Below are positions 1 through 13,610 of a stretch of 64,000 bases of DNA, piece after piece. The position numbers and the translations under genes were made by a program. The DNA is from Podospora anserina. Taxonomy: Eukaryota. Under the pieces are notes generated by a model that worked only from the letters and a program-made list of their open reading frames with translations, was not told the DNA's origin and ran no database searches. Within the stretch, counting starts at the first letter, position 1, and each line of letters opens with the position of its first letter. The stretch lies in contig CM030336.1 in NCBI GenBank assembly GCA_017654855.1, positions 806,001-870,000 on the forward strand. Reading direction: 5' to 3'.

Positions 1-3000
1 TCCTTTATTTAATTAAAAGAAAATTATTTTTATTTTATATAGGATTACGGCGGATAGTAAATATAATATAATTAAAAGAAGTATTTAAGAAAAGATTATC
101 GAAAGTAAAGTTTAACCGGGTAATAATTTAGAAAAGCGATTATAGACTTTACTATTTACGCCTATTAGCCGGCTTTTTAATAATAAATAAATTTTTTTAA
201 AAGCCGTTATTCGAATTTATAATATCCTATTACTATATTATAACTTTATTTTATTAATTTTAAAAAAAATATTAATAATATTAAATATAAATTTAAAATA
301 TAATTTAATTAATAAAACTATAATTAAAAAATTTTATTTATTAATAATATCGATAAACCTATAGTTTAAAGGCCTTTATAGAAATTTAATTACGTTTATA
401 AATAAAATTTAAATTCTAATAATATTAATTAGGGTTTTAATTTTATATTATTTTTTTATTATTAATAATATTAAAGCTTTAAGTTTTTATAATCTATTAT
501 TAAATATTTTATTTTTTATAAATATAAACTTTACTTTTAATTTTATAAAGGGCTATATAATTAACGTAAATATATTATATAGGAGAAAACTAATTAAAAT
601 TTATATAGTAAAAAAAGAGGTAATTAATAAAATAAAAATAAAATATAATAATAAAAATCGAAGTAATACTTTTCTTACTAACTAACTTTTATAGGTATTT
701 AAAGGATTAATTAATAAAGGAATACTTATCTTTAAATAAATAACGGAGGAACTAAAAGAAAGGAATAAAGTAATTAAAGGACTAAATAAAAAAGTTAAAC
801 GTTTTTTATTTAATTTTATTTTAAAGAAATTAAGTTTATTATTATTAAATTATTATTTAACGTTTAATATTATTTTTTATAAAAATAAAGAAAAGGGGGA
901 TATTAAAAGTAAGGGAGGAAAGAATATTAATAATTAAAGGGAAAGAAAGAAAAAAAATATAAAAGACTATTAAAAAAAAAAGTCTTTATTTTAACTTAAA
1001 AGAGTAGAAATTACGATAAGAACTTTAACTTTAAACGAAATTTTAAAGAAAAAACGACCGTTATTACTAACCTTTATAATAAATCTATATTTAGTACTAT
1101 CGTTATTATTATTAAAAATATTATTACCGTTTAATTAAAAAATTAATAAAATAACTTTATTTAAACTTAATATAATATTTTTATATTTAAAAATATTTAA
1201 TTAATCCTTTATTTAATTAAATTAATATAACTTCTTTACTATATAATTATATAAATATTATTTACTTCCGTCCCCTTTTAAAAAAAAAATAATATAAAAA
1301 CTAACTTAATTATTATTTTTAAATAAATTTAATTAATATTTACGGATATTATTATTATTATTATAATATATAAAAAAGTAAATAAAAAAGTAAAGCCGGT
1401 TAATAATATTAAATTAAATAATAATATTCCTAAAGGAAATCTAAATTAAAAAGTAAAAAAATAGGCGGTAATTAAAGAATCCTTATAATATAATTTAGAA
1501 TTTAATAATATTATAATCCTTAAATTTTTTAAAATAATTAAAGGATTATACTTTACTTTAAAACGTTTAATTAATTTAATTAAATAAATTATTAATATTT
1601 TAATAAATTAAAAAATTAAAATATTTATAATAATTTTATTCGTAAAAGAAATTATATTAGTATAAGACTTTACCGAATATAAATAGATCTTTAAAAAAGT
1701 TTTCACTATTTAATATATTAGGACTATTTTTTATAAAGTATAATAAAATAAATTTATTTCGATCTTAAAGCTATTCGTAAAAAAAATTATTAATTTCTTT
1801 AAAGAACGAATTAAGAAAAATATTATTAAAGAAATATATAATCCTTACTATAATAATTAGTTTTTAATAAAGAAAAAGAATAATAATTTTTATTTAATTA
1901 ACGATACCTAAAAATATAATAAAGTTATATAACGAAATACTTTTATTTTACTAAATATTAAAAAGTTTAATAAAAACTTTATAGGATACTTTATTACTTT
2001 TTTATTTAACTTTTTTTCCGAATATAATTAAATTAAATTAACTTTAATAAATTAAAATTTTATTACTTTCGCGATACCTATCGGCTTATTTAAAATATAT
2101 ACCTTACTTTAAAAAATTATTAATTTAATAACTTAATTCTAAAAAACCGTAATTAAAGTCTTTTAAAATTTTATCCTATAAGTATATCGGCTATATTTAA
2201 ATAATATTATAATAAAAAAACTAAAGTAAAACTATAATAATAATAAAAAAAAGTTAAGAGTTAAAAAGTAGGTCCTAAAGTACTTAAAGAATATCGATAT
2301 AGTTTTATTTAATTATAAGCTTATAAGAATTATAATTATAATTATAAAATCCCTTTAATATAAACGGGAAATTATTATTTTTAATTATTTTTATATATCG
2401 GACAGGCATTTTCCTAATTAAATAAAAATAATAAAAATAAAGGAATAGCGAATTTATTATAATTTTAAAGATATTTATATTTTTTTAAAAATTACCGGCT
2501 ATTATCGGCTATAAATACTTTTCTTTAATTTAATTATAATTCTATTATATTTTTTAATAAGGAAGGATATAAGATAGGAATAAATAAAAGTTTAATAGGG
2601 TACGATAAAGTAATTTACTTTTTTAATTATAAAAGTACCGTATTTAGCTTCTCTAACGTTTAATAACGATTATTTCGGTAAAATCTTTATTATTTTTAAT
2701 ATAAGTTTAATAAAGTAGGGAACGGTAATTAAATAAATAAAACTTAATAAAAAACGGTATCCTTATTAGTTTAAAAATAGTATTTAAAGCCCGGCTAAAT
2801 AAAAATATAATATTATTAAAAGGGAGTTAAAAGGATTATTATATATTTTAAAGAGATTTAAAAGGTATTTTTTCGGGATATATTTTATAATAAAAACGGA
2901 CGTTTAAGTAGTAATCTACTAAGTCTAGGGGGCGGTTAATAACGTTCCTGGCGCTTTAATAATAAAATAATTAAAATAAATTAAACTTTTCGATTTTATA

Positions 3001-6000
3001 ATTATTTATATCCCTAAAAGTAAGAACTTTATAGTAAATATATTATCGAGAAAGCTATTTAATTCCTTTAATTTAAGGGAGAAAAAATTAAAATTAAATA
3101 TTAATAATAAAATTAATATAAAAATCTAGAAAAATAATATTTAAAAAGTAAGTATTTAATAAATAAATATTAAAAAAAAAAAAAAAAAAGTTATTAAGTA
3201 AAGCCCCTATTTAAATAAATTATAATTTCTTTACTCTTATATTATTATTAAGTTCCTCGCGATTAATACGGAATTAAGGGCTAAAACGAGGTTTAACGTT
3301 TAAATTATTAAAAATAATACTTTAAAAATAATTTTCGAAAACGGAATTTTATTTTTTAAATTAAATAAAAAAAGTTTTTTCCTTAAAAGAATTATTAATC
3401 TTTTAATCGAATAAAAAAAAATTTTTAATATATATTATAACGAAATAAATTATAAAGGACGGGAAGTTACTTATACCCGAATAATAAAAAATTATTATTA
3501 GAAAAGTATATATATTAATGTCGAGGCTTAAATTAAAATATATAAATAATATTAATAATAAAGCCCGAAACGTTAAGAGGATTAATATTTATATATTAAA
3601 CTTTTAATTACTTTATTTACGAAATAGTATTTAAACGTTTAATTTTTATTAATAACTTTAAAAAAAAAAGTTTATTTTTTAGAAGCGAGGGATAATTTAA
3701 TTAGGTATTTAAAAGTAAAGGTTTTAAATTTAAATAAGGTTTTTAAGGTTAAAAATTTTATTTTATATAATATTATTTTTAAATAAAGTTACTTTTTAAT
3801 TATAGTAGTGGACGGCGGATTAGAATTTAAAAAGGAAGTTATTAAGATTTTAAAGAGGTTAAGAGTTTTTCGGGTAATAGTTTTATTTTATAACGTAAAA
3901 GTAAATAGAATAACGGAGTTTAATTATATTTTAATTATATCGATATTAATAAAAATAATAAATAGGACGGGGAAAAAATAAAAATAATAGCTCCTTTATA
4001 TATTATTTATTAATAAAATTATAATATAAAGTATTTATAAATATAATATTTTTTATTTAGTATATAGGTTTAACTTTATTACGTTAATCGAAAAGGATAT
4101 ACCGTTATAGAGAATCGTTTAATAAAAAAAATTAGTTTTAATAAATTAAAGAAATATTAAAAGGAAAGAACGATTATAAATTTAATAAAAGTAAAGGCAA
4201 AACTATTAAAATCCCAGGAAATAAATCTAACTTTAATAGCTAAAAGGATTAATATAGTAAAATAAAAAGTTATAATAAAAAAGAATAAAAAAGGGATTTA
4301 TAATATTAAATTTAAAAATAATATAATTAAAAAGGGGGATTTAATATTAATATATAAAATAAATAGAAAGTTAAATATAAATATAATAAAGAAGCTATAA
4401 TATTATTAGGACGGCCCTTTTAAAGTAAGGAAAGTCGAACTAAATAATATTTATTATTTTTTAAAGATACTAAATAAAATATTATTATAAACTTTTTATA
4501 TATTAAATAAAGTAAAGAAGTTTTTTAGGTTAGAAAACGTATATATAAATAAAGAGGATATAGATATATAGTTAGAATTAAAAAAAATTAAGTAGGTATT
4601 TAAAAATAAAGTAAAGGAAGGTATAAATATAATGGAAAATAAAAATAAAGAAAAAAAGATAGTAGAAAAAATATTAAGGAGAATAATAATTAGGGGGAAG
4701 ACTTAGATAGAACGGAAGAATATTAAGGTATAGAAGAGATTTAAGAAGGGCAAAAGTATAGAGGTAGTCCTAAAGAAGGGTAAACTAAAAGACTTTTTAA
4801 ATAATTAGGGAGAAACAATAACGAAAGCGTTATAATTATTATTTTTCTTTAAAAGAATATTAAAATTTATATTATAAAAATAGAGCTATAGGAATTATTT
4901 ATTTTTAAAAAAAGGAAAGATATTAAGGGAAGTAATTAATTAAAATAAAGATTATTATATTAAATTTTTAATTTTTTTTTTTTCTTTTCTTATTATTTTT
5001 TTTTTCAATTTACTTTTCTTTTTATACCCCTTTCTCTAATTTAAAAAAATAAAAAATTATTTTTTTTTTTTCTTTTTTTCTTTCTTCTTATTTATTTATT
5101 ATTTCCTAAACTCTTTATATTTAACCCGCTATTTTTCCTACTCCTAATCCCAATCGACTTTCTTACTATTAAAAATTAAGTTTACGGTACTACGATCTAA
5201 CTTTAATAATTTACTATTATTAAAATCTTTAAAGTAAGGACTATTTTTATTAATATTAAACTATAAATAATAAATACTTTTATATTAATAATTTTTATAT
5301 TTCTAATCGAGGTTCTTTTTTCTTATATAACTAAAGTATAATTATATTACTTTAATTTTAATCTTATTAAAGAACGTTACGAAAAACCGGCGATAGTTTT
5401 AATTATATTTATTATATAAATTAATATAATTAAATTTAATATATTAATATTAAATTAAATTTAATTAGGGAGGCGGTATTTATAATAATCCGGTAATTTA
5501 AATAAATAAACCTTTAAAGCGATAAACCCGTTTAATAATTTCGAAGAATTAATATCCGAAGAATTATTTATTAAACCGTTTAACGAAAATCCGTTTAACG
5601 AAACCGGTCGATAATACTTTAAAAATATAATTAATAATAGTTTTATCCGTATTAATATCTTTAAAAAGTAATTACTATTCTTTTTTACCCCCCTTTTTTA
5701 TCGGATTAAGGAGGAATTATTTAAAGTAGAGGGGAATAGTTATATATTTAAAATTTAAAAGGAAAATCTTAAAATATTAAAAAGTAGTTTAATAAAGGAA
5801 AAAAATATTATAATAAATATTAATACTTTTAAGTATAATAAAATCGTAAATATAAATAGGATATTAAATTTAAACGTATTTTTTATAAGTAACGCTTTAA
5901 TTATTAAGAGTATAAGTAAGGTCGGTAAGATAATAAATAAGGATAGTAAGTAAAGGTTTTTAAATAAGGTTTATAGCGACCTCGGATTAGTTATACGTAA

Positions 6001-8530
6001 TAAAATTAAAAACTTTTTCGATTTAATTAAAAAGTTTTTTAACGAAAAAAATTATAAATATTTAAGTAGTAAAGTCGTTAACCGTTTAATCGAACGAAAT
6101 AATAGGTTTCTTTAAAAAAAAAGTTATTAAAAAAAAGCGATTAATAAGTATTAAAAAAGATAAGGAATAAATAGGAATAAAAAAAACTAATATAAGTATT
6201 TATAATTAGAGGATAGGACGGTACGATTAGTTTTATAAACCTCTATAGGAAAGAAACTTATTAAAGTATTCTTTCCTCCTTAAATAATTTACGTAATTAT
6301 TTAATAATTTTATTTTATAAATTAAATAAATAATAAAAAATAAAAACTTACCGAAAACCTTTTTCCCTTTTTAACTTTCTATTCTAAAAAAAATTCTTTA
6401 CTTCCCTTTTAATAATCCTTTAATTATAAATTATATTATATATTACTTCCTTTTAATTTTTATAAAATAATATTATTAATATTTTTTATAAAGTTTATTT
6501 ATAATATATTATAAAAAAAATTTATTACTATTAAGAAATTTAACTTTCCTAATAATTTTATTAAAAAAATTATTCGGAAAGCGCGTCTTTAAAGTATCGA
6601 TAGAGTTTATAACTTTAATCCCCCGCGTAGTATTTTCCTTTTTTAAAATAATAATATTTTTTAACCTATTCGTTTTAGCCTTAACTTAATTATTAACCTA
6701 AAAAATTATATTATAGGAAGGCGGCCCGATTAAATTAATATTACTTTTATAAAATAATTTTCGATTAATATTATTAAATATTTTTTTTTTAATTTAAAAA
6801 TAACGACCCCCCTTAATCGGACTTATATTTATAATATTTATATAACTTCCTTTATTTATATTATATATAATTTTTAAAATTAATTAAAAGTTAAATAATA
6901 ATTTATTAATTTAGTTTTTACTTACGTTTTTCGGTATTTTCTTTAAAAAATCCTCGAATATTATATATAAATTCCTAAAGAGCCTTTAAACTCTATTATA
7001 ATAAAATCGTTAATATACTTTTTTTTACCTAATAATAATTATAATACTTTTAATTAACGATACTAAGTTTTCTTTATTTATATTAATAACGGAAGTTATT
7101 AGGTAATAAATATTTACGACGTTACTATTAATATTTTAATTTATATAGATTCGTTAAAAGATTAAAAAGGGTATTAAATTAATATTATTTTTTATTTAAT
7201 ATTTTATATTCGTTATATTTTTTATTATAGTTTTAATATAAAAGTAAGGAGGTTAGTCTATAGTAAATAGGGCGGGGCGTAAGAATATAATTTTTAAGTT
7301 TTAAAGTATTATTATATTTATTTTTAGGGAAGTATTTTATACGGTAAAGAGGAGGATTTAATAGTAATAAAAATTTAAAAAGGAAATTATTATTATAAAA
7401 ATTATAAAACTATAAGCGTTACGGGGAAAAAATAATAAGGTTATAAATAATTTATATAAAAAGGTTTTTAAATTATAAATTTAATTAAAGGATACGTAAT
7501 AAAAAATAAAGGAGGAGGGGCTTAAAAGACTTAATAAACGTAAAAGAATTTAATCTATTAAATACTTTTTCGTTTTTTTTTAAGTTTTTATTAATTCCTT
7601 AATTTATTTCTTTCTTTAATTTTCTATTAACTTTAATTATTATTATTAAAGGAAATAAATACATTATAAATTTTTTTTTTAATTATAAAAGGTTTAAACT
7701 AAGTAACGTATTAAATAATTTTTAATAATTAAATAAAATAGTAACCCCCTTTAAGTTCCGTACTCTTATAATAATAAATTTACCGTTCTTTTTTAAACCT
7801 ATAATTACCTATCCCCCTATTTATAATTATTTAGGATCGCTAATAATATACCTTTCGCCTAATTATATATTTAGTTTTATAAAATAAAAGTAGGCTTTTA
7901 AAGTTTTTTAAAAATAAAAGAAGGAGGTCGTTAAGTTATTAATTATAATAATTTAATAGGGACGGAAGTATATTTTAAGATCCGAAAAGTAAGGATACTT
8001 TTTTTTTAATTAAGGGAGAATAAATAAAGGGATAATAAAATTATATTGTTTTCCTTTTTTTCTATTAAATAATATTTTTTTTTTTTTTTTATTTATAAAG
8101 GATTTTTTTTTTATATATATATTTACTTACTAGTTTATAGTAGTTAAATGTAAAGGGAGGTTTAGTTTAGGGTACGGCTATAAGCCTAAAAATATAAATA
8201 AGGAAGCGGGGCTTTTAGAGGACTTAGGGGTTCAGGGGTTATGTATATAAGCGGTCTGCTTCGGACATTCTATTTTAGACAGATTATCGACTTTTATTCT
8301 TTTCTTCGTATTTTGTGCCTTACACGCGTGCAGGCAATTCTGGCCCTCTGATCAGGCCAATCCGGTGCTTATTATGTGGCCTGCGAGCCTATAGTGTCTT
8401 TTCTTTGTCCTACGTGAAGTGCGGCCTGCGAGCGAGTCACTGTCACGCAGGTGTGTTCATTCTGAGACCTGTTGAGGGTATATTTGTGGTGTTGTGGTTG
8501 TTTTGTGTGTTTTCTCACTATTTCAGTATA
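1..8530 (+). mobile_element. RIP-degraded Ty3/Gypsy LTR retrotransposon (element A); 5' part lies outside the window
   Basis: Very AT-rich with TpA excess. Reversing C>T/G>A by eye recovers pol motifs on +: YKKVDKKVKPV-like (~1370), RT FLVKKKNG..RLINDAQ (~1860) and YLDD-like (~2195), RNase H DAS..GWG (~2700), integrase VVDGG.EFK (~3805). Pol ends ~4800; putative 3' LTR at 8149-8530. Confidence 0.85.
8149..8530. repeat. LTR (3' LTR of element A or a solo LTR)
   Basis: ~380-bp GC-richer block starting TGTA and ending TATA (RIP of TACA; alternative end TTTCA at 8525). Internal TATATAA at ~8244. GTTAAA on both sides could be a TSD. Confidence 0.6.
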
Positions 8531-11500
8531 GTTAAAAGATTTTATATTATTAAATAACCCGGAGTAAAAGAATACTTTTAAACGATATAACTATTTAGGA
8601 AACGACTCGCGGCCTTTTACGGGGGCCGGTAATCTTTAATAAACTATAAACGGTATTTTTAAAAGTATCGGCGTAAAGTAAAGATATAGGATAACGATCC
8701 GGTATTCGTTAGTAAGGTCGTTATTATATAGGGAAAAGGTAAGAAAGATAAACGCCTTTAAATTATAGCGTATTAAAAAAATATTTAGGTAATAATATTA
8801 ATAAACGAAGGTATAGAAATAAACCTAATTTCGTTATAATTTATATATTAAACTAAAATACTATAAAAAAAAATCGTTATATAAAAACTATTTCTAACGT
8901 AAAAGGTTTATAAAGAAATATTATTTTTAAATATTATAATTAAAGGAAAAATAATTTTAATTATATTCGATATTATAAATATGAAACCCTCGAAAAATAT
9001 AATCCTAAAGTAATTATAGTATAAAGACTATAACCTAAATATCGATTAAAGGGATAGTAGTTATTTATAATTAAAGATTTTTTAAAAATATTTAATTAAC
9101 GATAGGAGATTAAATATACGTATAAAGTAAAGTATAGGATAAATACCCTCTACGGTATTACCGTAAGGAGCCTAAAAAGTAATAATATATTCTATCGATA
9201 TAAGTAATAAGATCGAAGAAATAAGGTTAATAATATTAGTAGAAATATCGGAGGTTAATAAATATACTTATTATAATTACGTAGAAAAAGACGAAAAAAA
9301 GGCGGTACCGGTAGAATATCGAAGACACTTAGCCTTTACGGCTAAGTATTTAAAGGGATTTCTAGAGCGAGGATTATAAAACTATAAAATTAAATTAAAA
9401 AAAGGAATTAAACTACGGTTATTTAAAGTTTACTATATTAACGATAAATAGAGTAAAGAACTATAGAAATATTTAAATAAAAATTTAAAAAAAAGATATA
9501 TTAAGGAATCTATATCGCTAATAAAATACTTTATATTCTTTATACTAAAGAAAAATAATAATTTATAATTATATATAAATTACCGTTAATTAAATAACGA
9601 AACGGTAAAAAATAATTACCCGCTACTATTAATATCTAAATTATAGAGTTAATTAATAGAGGTATAATACTTTATACGCTTAGATATACCTATCGGGTAT
9701 ACCTATATATAGATTAAAAAAATAAATAAATAGAAAATAGTATTTCGTATACTCTATAATTATTTTAAGTATTTCGTAATACTATTTAAACTAATTAATA
9801 TATTTATAACGTTTTAATCTTTTATTAACTATATAATCTAAAAGTACTTTAATAAAATAATAATATATTATCTTAACGATATTTTTATTTACTTACGTAC
9901 TTTAAAGGAATATAAACGATATATATAAAAGATACTTAACGTACTATACGGAACCGGACTCTTAATTAATAAAAAGAAAAGTGAGTTCTATATATAAAAG
10001 ATAATATATTTAAAATATTTAATATTGTTAAATAAGGTTCGTATAGAATTTAAAAAAATTACCGTAGTTAAAGATTAACCTACGCCGTAATTATAAATAT
10101 ATATTAAAGAATTTTTAAAGTTTATAAATTTTTATCGGATATTTATTCGAAGGTATATAAATATTACGCGATTATTTAATTATTTAATTAAAAAGGATGT
10201 AGAATTTCGGTGGGGGTAGGAAAAGAAATAAGCTTTCTAAGAACTAAAAAAGGTTATTTTAAAGGACCCGGTATTTAAATTATTAAACCTTAATCGATTA
10301 TTTAAGGTCGAAATTAATATATTAAACTATACGATTAATAAGTAATTAAGATAGTAAGATAATAATAAAAAATTATATTTAATAATTTTTTTTTAAAGAA
10401 ATTAAAGGAGGTATATTAAAATTATTTAATTTATAATAAAAAGTTATTCGCTATTATTAAAATATTCGAAGAATAAAAGCCTTACTTTAATAATATTAAT
10501 TATAAAATATAGGTTTATATAGATTATAAAAAACTATGATATTTTATTATTATAAAGGTCTTTAACGCGCGGTAAACGCGATAGTTAAAGTTTTTTTCGG
10601 AATTTAATTTCTAAATTAATTATAAAAAAGGTTCGGAGAACGCTAAAGTAAACGTACTTAATAAACGTACCGACTACTATAAGGATACACTTAGGGAGTT
10701 ACTATTATTATTTAAGGAAGCGCTAGATAGTACTTTTAAATATCTATTATAGTCGTAAATAAGGTATTATATAGTATATCGCGAAAAAGCTACTTTTAAT
10801 AAATATTAAGGGAAGTTAAGTAGTAATATTATAAAATAATATTAATAAGAAAAGCTAAAGCTATAAAATATTTAAAAAAGTAGTTAGGGAAGACTATAGT
10901 ATAAAAATTAAATATACGTAAAGCTAAGTAATAAAATAGTATTAATAATAAATATTTATAGATTAAAGCTCGGAGGATATATAAATATTATAAAGATTAT
11001 AAAAAAAATTAAATAATATTTTAATTAATTAAAGATTAAAAATAATATTAAGGAAATTATTTAATTATATCATATATATAAAAAAACGAAGGTTATAAAG
11101 TATAAACCTTATAAATTTTTAAAGCTATTATTAATAGTAAAACGATTATAGAGTTTAATTATAATAAACTTTATTATTAAATTACTAAAGTTTAAAAATA
11201 CGGTAATCGGTATTAAATATAATAATATATTAATAATAATCGATAAGCTTATTAAATAAATATATTTTTTATATTATAAAGAAATTTAATTAGTAAAATA
11301 ATTAATAAATATAATATTACGGTATATTATAGTAATATATATATAGTTAAAGGAATTTATTATAGATCGTAATATTAAATTTATATTAAAATTTTAAAGA
11401 ATATTAATAACGAGGTTAAAGGTAATAAAGAAAGTATTTTCGGTCTATTACCCTTAGACGGACGGTTAAACGGAACGGCTTAATTAAATCGTAAAATAGT

Positions 11501-11745
11501 ACCTACGGAATTATATTAATTTCGAGTAAAATAATTAAATTAAATTATTATTTATAATATAATTAACGTATAATATATCGTTAACGGAAACTATAAAAGT
11601 TATACCTTTCTTTACGAATTTCGGTTATAAGGTGGACCTACAGTAGGGACTTACGGTTAAAGTACTTAAAGCTAAGGTTAAAATAAATAAAATATATATA
11701 TTCTATAATAAATTTAAGTAAAAACTAAAGTTTATAAAAGAAAGG

Positions 11746-12377
11746 TGTTAGCTGGTAAGCCCTGATAGGCCTATAATATAGAACCTATACAGGGTTGCTG
11801 TAAAATACAGCAGTGCGCAAGCGGAAGCGGGAGGATACGACGGCAGTGCCGAAGGAAGGTAAAGCACTGTAATACAGTGAGGTATAAGGAATAAGAATTG
11901 CCTTTATTACCCTTGGCCTTGGCCTTTGGCCTTAGCCTTAAGCTTTTGCCCTTAAGGAAAGAAAGAGAACTATTCTACAGGAGAGAGGAGAGGTCTATAT
12001 ATAGGCTTTTGTAGGCCTACTGTGGATCCTGTAGGCCCTGGAAGCCCCTATACTATTTTAGGTATTTAGTGGGCTTAGGTGAGTCTAGTGTAAACTCACG
12101 GAAATCCATCGAACCTTCGGTAGCAAGGGTGCCCTGTAAATCATGCTATTGTGGCGACTTACTACGTAAGCCTGTAGCTACTTTAGAAGGTTCCAGTATC
12201 CTATTGACTAAGCCTTAGGCCACAGTAGCCCTGTAAGCCTTCAAGGGTCCCTTATAAAGAATATTCTAAAGGGATCTAAGCCGGGAAGTTCTATTACTGC
12301 TTATAGCAGTACTGCCCACTGTAATATTAATCTGTAGGGCAGTAAGTAGGGCACTTAGTAGTACCCACACATTAACA
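11746..12377. repeat. Solo LTR, 632 bp, no TSD (probably recombinant)
   Basis: TGTTA...TAACA termini. Nearly identical to 14154-14786, differing almost only by transitions. Flanks AAAGG and AATTA do not match. Confidence 0.9.
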
Positions 12378-13489
12378 AATTATAATAAACTTTATTACTA
12401 AATTACTAAAATTAAAAAATACGGTAACCGACGTTAAATATAATAGTATATTAACGGTAGTTAATAAGTTTATTAAGTAAGTATATTTTTTACTTTATAA
12501 AGAAATTTAATTAATAAAGTAATTAATAGATATAGTATTACGGTATATTATAATAATATATATATAATTAAAAAAATTTATTACGGACTATAATATTAAA
12601 TTCGTATTAAAATTTTAAAAAGCGTTAATAACGAAGCTAAAGGTAATAAATAAAGTATTATTAGTTTACTATCCTTAAACAGACGGTTAAACGGAATAAT
12701 TTAATTAAATCGTAAAATAGTATTTACGGAATTATATTAATTTCGAGTAAAACGATTAAATTAAACTATTATTTATAGTATAATTAATATATAATATATT
12801 ACTAATAGAAACGACTAAAATTATATTATTTTTTATAAACTTTAAATATAAGGTAGACTTACGGTAAGGACCTAACGTTAAGGTATTTAAGGCTAGGGTT
12901 AAAGTAAATAAGTTATATATATTTTACGGTAAATTTAAATAAAAATTAAAGTTTATAAAGGAAAGGATACGGAAATATTATAATATTAAAAGGCTTAAGG
13001 GACCTTACCTTAAAAGGAGGAATATAGTATTCCTTTCTATACGTAATTTATGTACTAAAAAACCTAATAAAAAGCTGGACTATAGGAGAATAGGCCTATT
13101 TAAGGTTAAAAAAAAGATATTAGAAACGGTATTCGAATTAAAACTACCTAGTACGATACGTTTAAGGTTATATACCTTTTATATTTTACTTTTGGAACCT
13201 GCATTACCGGTAAGTAAAACTAATATATAGGTAGTGGCGGAGAATAAAAAAGAAAAATACGATATAGAAAAAATATTAGATTTATAGTTTAATAGAAATT
13301 AATTAAAGTATTTAATTAATTAGTTAGGATATCCGGCTATAAATAATTTATAGAAATTAAAAGTAAATCTTAATTACCCGAATAAATAAAAAGAATTCTA
13401 TTAATAATATTTAAATTAATTAAAATCTAAACGATAAAAAGATCCGTACCCAAACTATAGAGGGGTATTTATAAATTTAAATACGGAAA

Positions 13490-13559
13490 AACCCCGACGG
13501 GAGTCGAACCTATACCTTCGACGTGGCGGTTAACGTACTATAATCTACACTATAAGGTT
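13490..13559 (-). ncRNA. tRNA-like sequence (GCC in a 6-nt anticodon loop) inside Gypsy element B
   Basis: Minus strand folds as a cloverleaf: acceptor AACCTTA/CGGGGTT, D stem GTGT/GTAC, anticodon stem TTAAC/GTCGA, T stem ATAGG/CCCGT with loop TTCGACT. B box GGTTCGACTCC. T run at the 3' end. Stem mismatches are all G>A/C>T type. Confidence 0.7.
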
Positions 13560-13610
13560 AAAAGGTATAAAAAGATTTAAATATAAATAATATTATATAT
13601 TTTAATTACT

